Assembly (NCBI RefSeq): GCF_004010195.1
Contig: NC_057755.1
Location: 9,738,202-9,802,201, forward strand
Length of the DNA stretch: 64,000 bases
Reading direction: 5' to 3'
Origin: Chiloscyllium plagiosum
Lineage: Eukaryota
Made by a program: the position numbers and the translations under genes. Of this stretch, positions 12,870 through 25,853 are shown in pieces. Each line of letters begins with the position of its first letter. Position 1 is the first letter of the stretch. A model generated the notes under the pieces. The model had not been told where the DNA came from, made no database searches, and saw nothing but the letters and a program-made list of their open reading frames with translations.

Positions 12870-14540
12870 AATCATCAAATCATACAGACCAGAGGAGGTC
12901 ATTCGGTCCATCTCGATATAACCATTAGGCCCTCAAAGATGTGCTGATCTTTTATCCTACTCTAAGATCAAAGTAATCCACATCTTATGAGCATCCAAAT
13001 GCTAACCCAAGAGTCGCTACGTGACCCTATTATATCTGACACTACTACCACTCCTGACAGTGCATTCTACACACCCACCACTCTCTGTGTAAAGAATATA
13101 TCCTTAACATCTCCCAAAACCTTCTTATAATCACCTTCAAATTATCCCACCCTTTGCCACCCTGGGAAAAAAAAACCTCTGGCTATCCACTCTTCCTATG
13201 CCTCTTATCGTCTTGTCCATTTCCATCAAGTCACCTCTCATCTTTCTTCGCTCCAATGAGAAAATGCCTAGCTCCCTCAACCTTTCGTCATAAGACATGC
13301 CCTGAAGTCCAGGTAGCATCCTGGTAAATCTCCTTTGCACTCTCGCTAAAATTTCCATATTCTTCCTATACTGAGGTGACAAGAACTAAACACAACATTC
13401 AAGGTGTGGTCGAGCCAGTGCTTGATAGAGCTGCAGCATAATCTCGAGGCTCTTTAACTTGATCCCCCTGCGAATGAAAGCCAACACAGCATATACTTTC
13501 TTAACAACCCTATCAACTTGCATGGCAACTATGAGGGGTCCGAAAATGTGGGCACAAATGTTTCTTCACACTGCCAAGAATCCCGCCTTTAATCTTGTTA
13601 CCTACATTCAAATTCAACCTTCCAAAATGAATCTCTTCACAGTTTTCCACGTTGAGTTCTATCCGCTAATTCTCAGTCCAGCTCTGCATCCTGTCAATGT
13701 CTTGTTGCAACCTACAACTGCCCTCCACATTATCCACAACTCCACGAACACTCATATCAGCAGCAAAATAACTAGCCAACACTTTCACTTCTACATCCAA
13801 GAGTTTCAACAAATGAAAAAGAGCAAAAGTCCCAGAACCGTTCACTGCAGAACACCACTGGTCACCCAGCTCCTGGCTGAATATTTTACATCAATTCCCA
13901 AACCCTGTCTTCTCTCAGCCAGCGAATTCTGTATACAAACAGCCAAATTAACCTATATCTCATATCTCCATAATTTTTGAATAAGCCTATGGTGTGGAAT
14001 CTTATCAAGCACTATGTTAAAAATCCATGTAGGCCACATCCACTGCTCTCCCTTCATCAATGTGCTTTCGCACATCCTCAAAAAAACTCAACATGGTTTA
14101 TGAGGCATGACCTGCACCTCACAAAGCCAAGCTGACTATCTCTAATCAAGCTATGTTTTTTTCCAAATATTTATGAATCCTGTATCTCAGAATCCTCTCC
14201 AATAATCTGCCCACCACCAACGTAATACTTACTGATCTGTAATTCCCAGGGTTATTTCTATTCCTTTTTTTTTTGAACAAGCAAATAACATTGACCACCC
14301 TCCAATAATCTGCTATTACTTCAGTGGACAGTGAGGACGCAAATATCATCGCAAAAGGCGCAACAGTATCTTCCATCTCTTCCTGTCGAAATCTGGGGTA
14401 CATCCCGTCTGGACCACGGGACTTATTTAACCCTGTGTTTTTCAAACGTTCCAGTGCGTCCTTCTTTCTAACATTAACCTGTTCAGGCATATCAGCCTGT
14501 TTCACGCTGTCCTCCAAAGCGATAAGGTCCATCTTGCTCT
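12870..14540 (-). mobile_element. CR1 LINE ORF2 3' half, degenerate
   Basis: WRVVNVICLFKK..NYRSVSITLVVGRLLE and RVQRRFTRMLPGL motifs. Confidence 0.88.
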
Positions 14541-15377
14541 TGAAAACTGTCCTATTTGCGAATATGACCTAAAAACATTCTTCAAATTGAATGATGAAGG
14601 ATAGAATCAGTTTGGTTGGAGACAATTTGTAATGATCAGAAGTCATTCACAACTGTAATCTACAAGATGCACTGCAGAAATTCACCTAATGTCCTTCCAA
14701 ACCCACAGTCACTTCCATCTAGAAGGACAAGGGCAGACAATACAGTTGAAGTGCACCACCTTCAAGTTCCCCTTCAAGTCACTCATCATCCTGACGTAGA
14801 AATATATCACACTTTCTTCAGTGTCGCTGGGTCACTGTGAATTCCGTCCAAAAGAGGATTGTGGGTCAACCCACAGCACATGTACTGTCGTGATTCAAGA
14901 ATGCAGCTCACCACCACCTTCTGAAGGGGCAACTAAGGACGTGCATTACATGCTGGCCCAGCCAGCGATGCCCATGTCCTAAGGGAGAATACGACATTAA
15001 AACGTCTTCAAATTGAATGACAAAACGTAGAAACAGTTTGGCTAGACATAATATGTAAACAACAGATATCATTTGCCGATGTAATCTCTAAAACTCGCGT
15101 GTTGTAACTTGTCAGAAAGAGCAGACAGACTGAAATAATAGAAATAAAATGAGTGCAGCAAATGGGTGTTGTTCACTTCCATGTAGTTTTGTAAAAACAG
15201 GTAGAGAAACGTCATTTGGAAAAATGCAACCGAAACAAAAAACCAAATGCCAGAAATCACAGTGGGTCAGGCAGCATCTGCAGGGAGAGCAATCTAACGT
15301 TTCGAGTCCACATGACTCTTTAGCAGTGTTTTGAAAACGCGTCCATTGATTTTTTTTTTTTTTGGAATTTTTTTCAG

Positions 15378-15461
15378 AGCAGTACATTCCAGAGTCGGCA
15401 ATGATAAGAGATACAATACCTGAGAACACGCAGAGAGAGAACTTTGATCAATATCCTTTTG
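15378..15461 (+). other. Candidate upstream (5'UTR) exon, possibly of the GCNT gene
   Basis: 84 nt of unique sequence between a T-rich acceptor (tttttttcag) and a consensus donor (G|GTAAGT at 15462). Confidence 0.4.
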
Positions 15462-15684
15462 GTAAGTTATGATCTAGGAAACAGGAATCACAACAAACTA
15501 GTGTTACATGTTCAGTTTGAAATGGAGCCCTGAGGAGTTGTGATGAGCGTTTTCAACCTAAATTAATGTAACTATGAGGGTCTGAGGGCAGAACTGGATG
15601 TTGTCAACTTGAAAGTCATTTAGCACCAGACGACCATGAGACAATAGGAAATAAGAACAGGAGTAGACCATTCAGCCCCTTCTG

Positions 15685-17935
15685 TTGGTCAAGGAAAGTG
15701 ACTGAGGTGTCAATGGTGGAGTACTTTGTGGCCAGTGACCATAATTCTATTAGTGTTAAAATAGTTATGAAAAAGTATAGACAGCATCGAAAAGTTATAT
15801 TTCTAAATTACAGACAGACCATTTTTATAACACTGGGCAAGAACTTCCAAAACTTCATGTGGTGGATGTTCACATGTCAAGGAAATGGACATGTTCACAT
15901 GTCAAGGAAATGGACATGTGAACAGGGAAATGGAAGCCTTCAAAAATGAGATAATGAAAGTTCAGAGACAAAATATTCCGGTTAGGGTGAAAGTCAAGCT
16001 CAGTAGGTCTAAGGATTGCGCCATTACTAGAGAAATTGAGGTTTTGGTCAAGAAAAAGAACGAATTATATGTCAGGTATTAGCAGGAGAAATCGAGTGAA
16101 TCCTGAGAAGATTGTAAAAGCAGTAGTAGTATACTTAAGAGAAAGGTCAGGAGGGCAAAAAAGGGACGTAAGATAGTTTTGGCACATGGGGTTAAGAAGA
16201 ATCCCAAGCGATATTGTAAGACATTAGGACAAAAGGATAACTAAGGATAGAAAATTGCTCCCCTCAAAAATCAGCAAGGTAGCTGATGTGTCGAACTGCA
16301 AGAGAGGGCTGGATAGTAAACGAGTGTTTACGTGGAAAAGGTCTTGGAACATATAGAATGTGAGGAAATAGATGGTAACATCTTGAAATATGTCCATACT
16401 GCAGAGGATGACATGTGGATGTCTTAAAATGTATTAAAGTGGATAAATCACCAGGATCTGATCATATGTATCCTAGAACGTTGAGGGAAGCTGGGGAAGT
16501 AATTGCTGGGCCACTTGCTAAGACAGTTAAGTCATCGATAGCCACAGGTGGACTGCTGGGAGACTGGAATATGGCTAACGTGGTGCCACTGTTCAAGGGA
16601 AATGATAAGGAAAAGCCAGAGAATTATAGATTGGTGAGCCTGACATCGGTGTTGGGCAATTCATTGGAGGGAATACTGAAGGACAGCACTTACATGTATT
16701 TGGAAAAGCAAGTACTGATTTGGGTGCTTCGTCATCATGGCTTTGTGCGGGGGAAATCATGTCTCACTAACTTGCTTCTGTTCTTGAAGATGGAACGAAG
16801 AGATTTGACGAGGGCAGAACAATTAAGGTAATCTATATGGACTTCAGTAAGGCGTTTGACAAGGTTACTCATGGTAGACTGGTGAACAAGCTGAGATCTC
16901 AAAGAATACAGGGAGAACTACCTATGTGGAAACAGACCTATATCGAAGATAGAAGACTGAGAGTAGTAGTGGATGTATGGCTTTCAGGCTAGAGGTCATA
17001 AGAATTGGGAATGGGTCCGCTGCTTTTCATTATTTACATAAATGATTTGGATATGAACATAGGAGGTATACAGTAGTTAGCAAGTTTGCAGATGACACCA
17101 AGATTGGAGGTGTAGTGGACAGCGATGAAGATTACTTCACAGTACAACGGGATCTTGATCGAGGAGAGGCAGATGGAGTTTAATTTAAATAAACGTGAGG
17201 TGCTGCATTTTGGAAAGGCAAACCAGGATAGGATCTGGCGTGCAGCTTCATAGTTCCTTGAAAGTAGATTCACTGGGAGGTAAGATAGTGATGAAGGCAT
17301 TTGGTATGATTGCCTTTTTGGTCAGAGCATCGAGTACAGGAGTTGGGCGGTTATGTTGGGGCTGTGCAAGACATTGATTAGGCCACTTTTGGAATGTTGT
17401 ATACAATTCTAGTCTCCCTACTATAGGAAGGATGTTGCAAAACATGAAAGGGTTCAGAAAAACTTTACATGAATGTTGCCAGGGCTAGAGGCTTTGATCA
17501 GTGCAAAGAAGTTAAACAGGCAGGGGCTGTTTTCCCTGGAGTGTCGGAGGTTGAGGCGTGGACTTATAGAGGTTCATAAAATCATGAGGGGCATTGGTGG
17601 GATGAATAGATAAGGAATTTCCCCTGTGTTAGGGAAGTCGATAACTCGAGCATAGGTTTAATGTAAGAGAGGGAAATTTAAAAGGGACCCAAGAGACTTT
17701 TCTTTTCGCACAGAGGGTGGTGCATCTATGGAATGAGCTGTCGGAGTATGTGGTAGAGGCTGCTATAATTACAATATTTAAACGGCATTTGGCTTGGTAT
17801 ATGAAAAGGAAACTTTAAAATGATATGGGCCAAGTGCTGACAAATGGAACCAGATTACTTTAGGATATCCAGGTCAGCATGGACTGGTTGAACCAAAGGA
17901 TCTCTCTTCGAGCTGTAGTTCTCTATGAAGCCATG
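15685..17935 (+). mobile_element. CR1 LINE ORF2 (end of endonuclease to 3' tail), degenerate
   Basis: SDHNSI, KVDKSPGSD, WNMANVVPLFK..NYRLVSLTS, DFSKAFDKV, FADDTK motifs and 3' tail. Confidence 0.92.
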
Positions 17936-20036
17936 ACCCTATCAAATTCCTTAAGAATCCTTCATGTTTCAATCGGATCAGCTCCCATTCTTCTTAACTC
18001 CTGTGAACAGAGTCCCGACTGTATAGCCTTTACTCATAAAACAATTGCTCCATTCCAGGGATCAGCCCAGTCGAGCTTCTATGAACTGCCTCAAATAAAA
18101 TTATATCTTTCCGTAAATCTTTGGAGCAAAACTACTGACAGTATTAAAGGTGTGTTCTCATCATCACCTTATGCACTTACGATGAGTTTTTCCTACTTGT
18201 ACATTCCAAACCCCTTGTGCAGTTTTTAATCTATATAAATATCATTCTTTTCATTTGTTTTCCCTTCCAAAACTAACGATTTCACAGTTTCCCACGTTAC
18301 ACTCTATTTACCAACATTTTGCCGGCTTTCCACCAACATCTCTGTTCAAACTATTTGTATCTATTTTGCCAACTGATTTTTCATGTTTTCTTTTTCAAAT
18401 TTGGCAACAGCATATTCACTTTCATGTTGTATTGTAAACAGTTGCGTTCCCAGCACTGATTCGTGGGTTAATGTGTTCTTTTCCAGGTTGATCACATGTA
18501 ACCATAGCGTATCCATAGAGCTTTGAATGATGACAGAGGGAAGCTGACTGAAACTTACAGAATAAAAATAAATTAAATTACAACCTTACAGATGTCTGCA
18601 TATAATGGACATGGATAAAGTGTTTTGTTTAGTGGGATAGAGTTGGGTCTTAGTGCACAGCTTCAGAGTGAAGGAACGACACTTTAGAACTGTGATGAGG
18701 AAGACTTTTTTCAGCCAGAAGATGGTGACTCTGTGGAACCCATTGCTGCAGAAGGCTTTGGAGGTTAAGTCACTGATACAGAAATAGATAACCTCTTCAT
18801 AAGTAAGGGGATCAAGGGTTACAGGAAAAAGGCATGTGAATGTGTTTGAGAAACATTCACTGTGATTGAATGGTGGAGCAGGTTGAGTGGGCTGAATATT
18901 CTAATTCTGTTCCTGTATCTTAAGGTCCTTTGGTCCAAAGACTGAAGCTTTCTAAAGAACAATTGATAATAAAGAAAGATTTCAATTAAAGCAATGTCCA
19001 ACAGAAGAGAAAAAGTGCTCTGAAACTATTGTACCTTAGATCTGGCGATTTCTGAGGACCAGTTGCCAAAATGGCATGATCTTAAATGAAGTGTTGGCAC
19101 AGTGGGAAGGGTTTTACAAGTTTCTTCAACTTTTAGAAATGTTCCAGCATATTGGAGAATCGCAAATACAGCACCTTTATTCGTTTATAGAGGGAAGAAT
19201 AAAATATGAAAACTCAAACATTCGCCTGCCATAAGGAATATACCACAAATCAAAGATTACAGACAATCGTGCAGGAGACATAGACATACACAATGTTGGA
19301 ACAATGCACATCATTAAGTCGAATTTACATTTTATTTTTCATGTGTTGGTAAGGCTAAGATTAAATTAGTAATTTTAGAGTTTCATTTTTGAGTTCGGAG
19401 CTGCATTGCCGAATCTGGACGCCCCTTTTGTTTACATGCCTTTTAATGATTTATTACAACCTTAAAACATAGTTGAGGAGGTGTCAGCACTGTAGGATTA
19501 TATAAGGGAAGAAATGTGTTGTTGCTCGTAAATGTTACCTCGAAATACAGAAACAGAATATCAAGAAAGCCAATAATTCTGTGTGTGTGTGTGTAACTGT
19601 TCACGTGAGAGAGTGTGTGTGTTTGTCTGTGTTTTTGAGAATGTGTGTGTGCATTTGTGAGTATGTTTATCTGTGTATGTGAGAGTGTGGATCTGTGGAT
19701 GTGTGTGTGTGTGAGAGCAAGTGTGTGTGTGAATGTGTGTAAATGTTTATGCAAGAGTGTGTGTGTTTGTCTGTGAGTTTGAGAGTGTGTGTCTATGTGT
19801 GTGCGTGCGTCTGTGAGTATGAGTATATGTGTGTGTGTGTGTGTGTGCATGTATGTGTTTGTGTATGTATGTGTGTGAGAGAGAGAGAGAGCGTGTGTGT
19901 GCATGTGTATTCCAGAGAATACAGCCTCAACGCTTCAGTAAAAAAGTTGAAATGAAAACTGCTGGAAGCTCAGTTTAGGAATTGATCTGTTATATTCTTT
20001 ATGGTGATTTCACTCTACAATTTATATTTTTCTCAG

Positions 20037-20160
20037 GTGTTCTCAAGGTGGGATACCAGTGAAAGAAAAACTTTACCTGTTAAGTGCTCAGAAATTGTTG
20101 TGAAGGAAACCAGATATAGATGTGCAAATCTGACCGAAAAGCCAAAGTATGTAGATAATG
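20037..20160 (+). other. Candidate upstream (5'UTR) exon, possibly of the GCNT gene
   Basis: 124 nt between acceptor tatatttttctcag and donor ATG|GTGAGT at 20161. Confidence 0.45.
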
Positions 20161-22659
20161 GTGAGTCTTCTTTGTGGTTTGAGTGTGTATAAACAATTTG
20201 GTGGGTAGATGCAACAGGATGATTTTGGTTTATTTGTTCTGTATGCCTTTTTATTTGTTATTTGCGTCCAGTGTAATATGGTTCATCTTTCTTTCCATAT
20301 GAAATGAAGGTTTTGTTCTTTGAGGTAATAAATCATCGTTAACTCCTTACGAACATGTTTTGTGACTCACCTCCACAAGTAAATAGTAATAAAATAAAGA
20401 AGGAGAAAAGTTTGATTTAACAAGATCAAACTTGAATTTACTCTTGAATTTGGCGTCTTAAAATAACATCAGCAAGAATCACAAATGTGTATAAATTGAT
20501 CCGGGAATAAAATTGCCTGAATTTAAGAGGGATTTGTCAATCCTTACATAAATATGGAGGCATTGGGAAAGGAAGCAGATTGTTGAGAAGCATATCACAC
20601 GGTTTCGTAAAGTAGTTGAATCACTACTGTGTGGAAACAGGTAATTTGGTCCACTGATTCTATGTTGACCCTCGAAAGAGTATGCCCCACAGATACACTC
20701 CTCTACCTTTATCCCGGTAACTCTGCATTTCCTCTGGCTAATTCACATAGCCTGCACATCATGCTGCATGTTGCCAGGTTTATTTTTCTTTCTGGTGCTG
20801 AATGACTATGTCTTCCTGGCCAATATGGCGTGGCTTTCCTCCGGGTGTTCCGGTTTCCTCCCACAGTCCAAAAGATGTGCAGGTTAGGTTAATTGGCCAT
20901 GCTAAATTGCCCATAGTGTCAGGGTAGGGGTGGGTGGGTTACTCTTTGGACGGTCGGTGTGTTCTTGTTGGGCCGAAGGGCCTGTTTCCATACTGCAGGG
21001 AATCTAAAAAAAAAGTCTCCTTTCTGCCTTTACTAGACTCTGTAACTAAATTTCTAGAATTCTCTGGAGAATAAAATGTCATGGTATCGAATCTGTTAAT
21101 CATCATCCTCTGACAGTGTGATTCCCAGAGGATCAAATTTTAAAATTTCTACTTACAATGAAATATCCAATTGGAATTATATTTTTTTATTTTATGCCTA
21201 TTTCTTTACTACACACATGCACTTTTGTCCTGATCATTCCATCAAATCAATTATTTTTTCCTCTTTCCCATAGTAAACACATCATGACTGATACCATTGA
21301 CTTCTTTTTGTCTTGATAGAGTTAAGTGAACATTGCCTTTAAGAGACATATATCCGTACTAAAATCTTGAATCCGGTGACAACATTTCCCACTTAGGCCT
21401 TTGAAGCTGAATTAAGTTTCATTGTTTCGTCGCACTCTGAGCATGGAACAGTGTGGCATAGGATCAATACTCCAAATGTGGTCTCACTAAAGTTTTATAC
21501 AGCAGAAACATGACTTGCCAACTTTTATACTCAATGCCCTGAACAATAAAGGCAAGAATGTCGGAGGTCCTCTTTATGACCTTATCCATTTCTGTTGCCA
21601 CTTTCAGGGAGCTGTGGACTTGGATCCCAAGATCCCTCTGTATATCAATGCTCCCCTGGGCCCTGCCAATTACTGTATACGTTCATCTTGTATTTGACCT
21701 CCCAAAATGCATCATCTGACGCTTGTCTGGACTAAACTCCATCTGCCCAACCTTCGAATTGATTGATATCCAGCTGTACCACTTGACAACTTTTCTTGCT
21801 ATCCAGAACTCCAATTTTCATGTCGTCTGCAAAACTTTGAATCAGAACACCTAGACTTTGTGCCAAACTCTCAAAGTTAGTTAGTTTCCTACTGAAATGC
21901 AAAGTGTTATAAGCAAGTGCTGTCTTTGAGACTTGCTTTACAAATGTTTCAACTTGCCAGGACATTTCCCTGTTTTATTTATAAAGTACTACCCTCAGAG
22001 CTCATTCAAGACACTTTGGGCCACTGAGGGAGTCGTTTTATTGCAGATTATTCACAGAGTCTAAGAGGTCCACAGTACAGAAAAATGCCCTTCGTCCAAT
22101 CATGTTTGCACTGGTTGTTCTGGTATAACTTGTGTTTCATCAACACAAATGGGCAATAACATGATTGACGCAATGTGGGCACTGTATGAATAACTCAAAC
22201 TTTCTAGTGAAGGGTGCAGCGATTTTCCAGTGTGACTTTCAACAGCATGATATTCCACAGCAGTTTTCTATAGCTTGAGGTTGCAGAGTAAAACAACTTT
22301 TGCATTATACCAGAACCACTATATTCTAATCCCATGCTTCAACACAGAACTCATTGTCGAGAAAACCTTTGCATTGCAAATTAGGTTCTAAATATCTCTT
22401 AAATGTTATGATGGTTTTTCTGTCAACACTCTTACAGGCTGTGAGTTCTGGATTCCCAATACCCACTGTTAAAAGCTGTTCTTCATATCCCCTCTCAACA
22501 AGGCGTGACAAATGAATTGTGCAAAAAGACTGGATGCAGTTCCGACAGAGCAGGTTGGAAGGTAAAGTGAAGTTTTATTTTGTCTCACTGGACGTTATAG
22601 CAGAATTTCAATGCTCGAAAGATTAGTGTACTAGCTTCACATGTGTTACTGGCTTGAAT

Positions 22660-23740
22660 ATATAGGCAAGAGTTCCATACTTTAAAGGGAACAGACTGGT
22701 CAGGTAAATATTGAATTTGAAAGGGATGACAGGTAAGTATGAACGAAAGAAACTGAAGCTATTCTGAAGGGATAGCATTACAGCTGTGCTGAGGGAGGAT
22801 ATTCCCGGAAATGCATCCAGGGAAGTTATTTGGGTGGAACTGGGAAATAAGAAAGGGATGATAACCTTATTGGGATTGTATTATACACCCCCTAATAGAC
22901 AAGGAAATTGAGAAACAAACTTGTAAGGAGATCTCAGCTATCTGTAAGAATAATACGGTGGTTACGGTAAGGGATTTTAACTTTCCAAACATAGACTGGT
23001 ACTGCCATTGAGTTAAAGATTTGGATGGAGAGGAATTTGCTAAGTGTGTGCAAGACAATTTTCTGTTTCAGTGTGTGGATGTACCTACTAGAGAAGGTGC
23101 AAAACTTGACCTACTCTAGGGAAATAAGGCAGGACAGGTGACTGAGGTGTCAGTGGGGGAGCACTTTGGCGCCAGCGACCATAATTCTATTAGATTTAAT
23201 ATAATGACGGAACAGTAGAGACCAGATCTAAAAGTTGAAGTTCTAAATTGGAGAAAGACGAATGTTGATGGTATTAGGCAAGAACTTTCGAAAGCCGATT
23301 GGGGGCAGATGTTCACAGGTAAAGGGACGCCTGGAAAATGGGAAGCCTTCAGAAATGAAATAACAAGAATTCAGAGAGAGTATATTACTGTTAGGGTGAA
23401 AAGAAAGGCTGGTTGGTATAGGGAATGCTGGATGACTAAATAAATTGAGGGTTTGGGTAAGAAAAAGAAGGAAGCATATGTAAGGTATAGACAGGATAGA
23501 TCGAGTGAATCCTCAGAAGAGCATAAAGGAATTAGGAGTACACTTAAGAGGGAAATCAGGAGGGCAAAAGGGGGACATGACATAGCTTTGGCAAATAGAA
23601 TTATGGAGAATCCAAAGAGTTTTACAAATACAGAAAAGACAAGAGGGAAACTAGGGAGAAAATAGGGCCCCTCAAAGATCAGACAGGCAGCCTTTGTGTG
23701 GAGCTGCAGAAAATGGGGAAGATAGTAAATGAGTATTTTG
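22660..23740 (+). mobile_element. CR1 LINE ORF2 endonuclease region, running into the gap
   Basis: WVELGNKKG.., DFNFPNIDW, PTREGAKLDLL, GASDHNSI motifs. Confidence 0.88.
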
Positions 23741-24440
23741 NNNNNNNNNNNNNNNNNNNNNNNNNNNNNNNNNNNNNNNNNNNNNNNNNNNNNNNNNNNN
23801 NNNNNNNNNNNNNNNNNNNNNNNNNNNNNNNNNNNNNNNNNNNNNNNNNNNNNNNNNNNNNNNNNNNNNNNNNNNNNNNNNNNNNNNNNNNNNNNNNNNN
23901 NNNNNNNNNNNNNNNNNNNNNNNNNNNNNNNNNNNNNNNNNNNNNNNNNNNNNNNNNNNNNNNNNNNNNNNNNNNNNNNNNNNNNNNNNNNNNNNNNNNN
24001 NNNNNNNNNNNNNNNNNNNNNNNNNNNNNNNNNNNNNNNNNNNNNNNNNNNNNNNNNNNNNNNNNNNNNNNNNNNNNNNNNNNNNNNNNNNNNNNNNNNN
24101 NNNNNNNNNNNNNNNNNNNNNNNNNNNNNNNNNNNNNNNNNNNNNNNNNNNNNNNNNNNNNNNNNNNNNNNNNNNNNNNNNNNNNNNNNNNNNNNNNNNN
24201 NNNNNNNNNNNNNNNNNNNNNNNNNNNNNNNNNNNNNNNNCCAAGGAATTATTTTCCTATCCCCACAGTAATGGATCAGCATGTGTCCTTCAGTTATCGA
24301 CTTGAATGCAAAGATCCAATTTTCTAATTAAGGGGACTGAAACTGAGCGGTAACGATCAATACTGTCAGACCAGAAGGACAGTCTGATTTCTGATCGGTA
24401 ACATCATAAGGATGCTGTTCAAAGACCAATATTGAACACA

Positions 24441-25208
24441 ATGATTGCCAAGAAAATGAAACTCGCGTTTATAATAGCGATTCTGTTTGTATCGTGTTAT
24501 TTTGCAGCAGTTTACGTGAATGAAAATGTAAACAAATTCTCCATCCTTTTGAAAATATCCTCAGTGAAACCCGAAAGACAGTCCACAAAAGATCCTTCCC
24601 GTGTGCTAACTGTCTCTGACAAATATTCTGATTGCCTCAAAATAATCAATGGCAGCATGAAAAATGTGCAAGCAGTTACCAAATCAACTGGATTCAAACA
24701 CAAAGAATCACATTTGTTGGAAAAAGATTATATCAAACTATGTAGGGATTGCATTTCCTTCATTAATACCCGTGGATATATCACCTCCCCCTTATCGAAC
24801 GAGGAGCGTGACTTCCCCATAGCTTATTCAATTGTAATCCATCACAAAATTGAAATGTTTGAGAGGCTTTTACGAGCGATATACATGCCACAGAATGTGT
24901 ACTGTGTCCACATCGATCGGAAATCTCCGCAATTATTTCACTCGGCAGTGGTAGCCATCATCTCCTGTTTTGATAATGTCTTCGTCGCCAGTAAACTTGA
25001 GCATGTGACCTATGCTTCATGGTTTAGAGTTCAGGCCGATCTCAACTGTATGGGGGATCTGGTAAGAAGCAAGAATCCATGGAAGTATTTTGTCAACTTG
25101 TGTGGACAGGATTTACCAATCCAAACAAATAGAGAGATAATTAAGAAGCTGATATCTGCCAAAGGTCAAAACATTATAACTTCCTCTCCGCCATCAGTGA
25201 CGAAACAG
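24441..25208 (+). CDS. GCNT3-like: Core-2/I-branching beta-1,6-N-acetylglucosaminyltransferase (GT14/GCNT family), coding exon 1 (256 codons)
   Basis: ATG at 24441 (MIAKKMKLAFIIAILFVSCYF, type II membrane anchor). Family motifs: PLSNEERDFPIAYSIVIHHKIEMFERLLRAIYMPQNVYCVHIDRKS, VQADLNCMGDL, WKYFVNLCGQDLP. Homology ends at ...SVTKQ, followed by donor CAG|GCAAGT at 25209. Exact paralogue is uncertain. Confidence 0.93.
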
Positions 25209-25853
25209 GCAAGTTGTTATGAGCAGTTTAATCCTCTTGCTCGTCTATATTGAGTCTTAAAACTTTTGGGTCGCTTGAAATTGTGGCAAATTTATTTCAT
25301 AAATTGTCAGTCATGTGAACATTCCCGTAATTTGTTTTCTGTCATCTATTCACTGTACTCCCTCCTTTTCAAAATGATAAACAATGTTTCTTCAATATCT
25401 CCGGGCAAAAAGACAAAATGTTCTTCTATGTCTTATTCAAAACAAACATGAATGTATTGATGATTTCACAAACCCATTCAACTCAACATTTTTTATGATT
25501 TTTTTTATTTGTTTCTGCCTGTTTCTCTCTCTATCCATCTGGTTATCTATCCATCTATGCCTGTGTGTCTGCGTGTTTGCCACCTGCTTGTCTATTTATC
25601 TATCTGCCTGTCAGTCAATCAACCTATCTGTCTGTCTATTTAGTTTCCTTTTCTTTCTATCTGTGCATTTATCTGTCTGTCTATCTACCCATTGATTCAT
25701 CTATCCATCTATCATGTGTACACGATCCTCCTCTCGACAAAAACAAAACTGTGAAATGATTTACTGGATGGTATCCTTTTCGCCAGATATTTAAGTTGCA
25801 GCTTGTAACTATTCACAGGACCAATTTTAGAAACATTTTCCTTGATCTTTCAG

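Noticed and set aside
15867..15930. 25-bp tandem duplication (ATGTTCACATGTCAAGGAAATGGAC)
   Set aside because: Real, but only a slippage event within a dead CR1 copy.
23371..24327. Long ORFs of 180-303 aa
   Set aside because: Artefacts of the N gap at 23741-24240.
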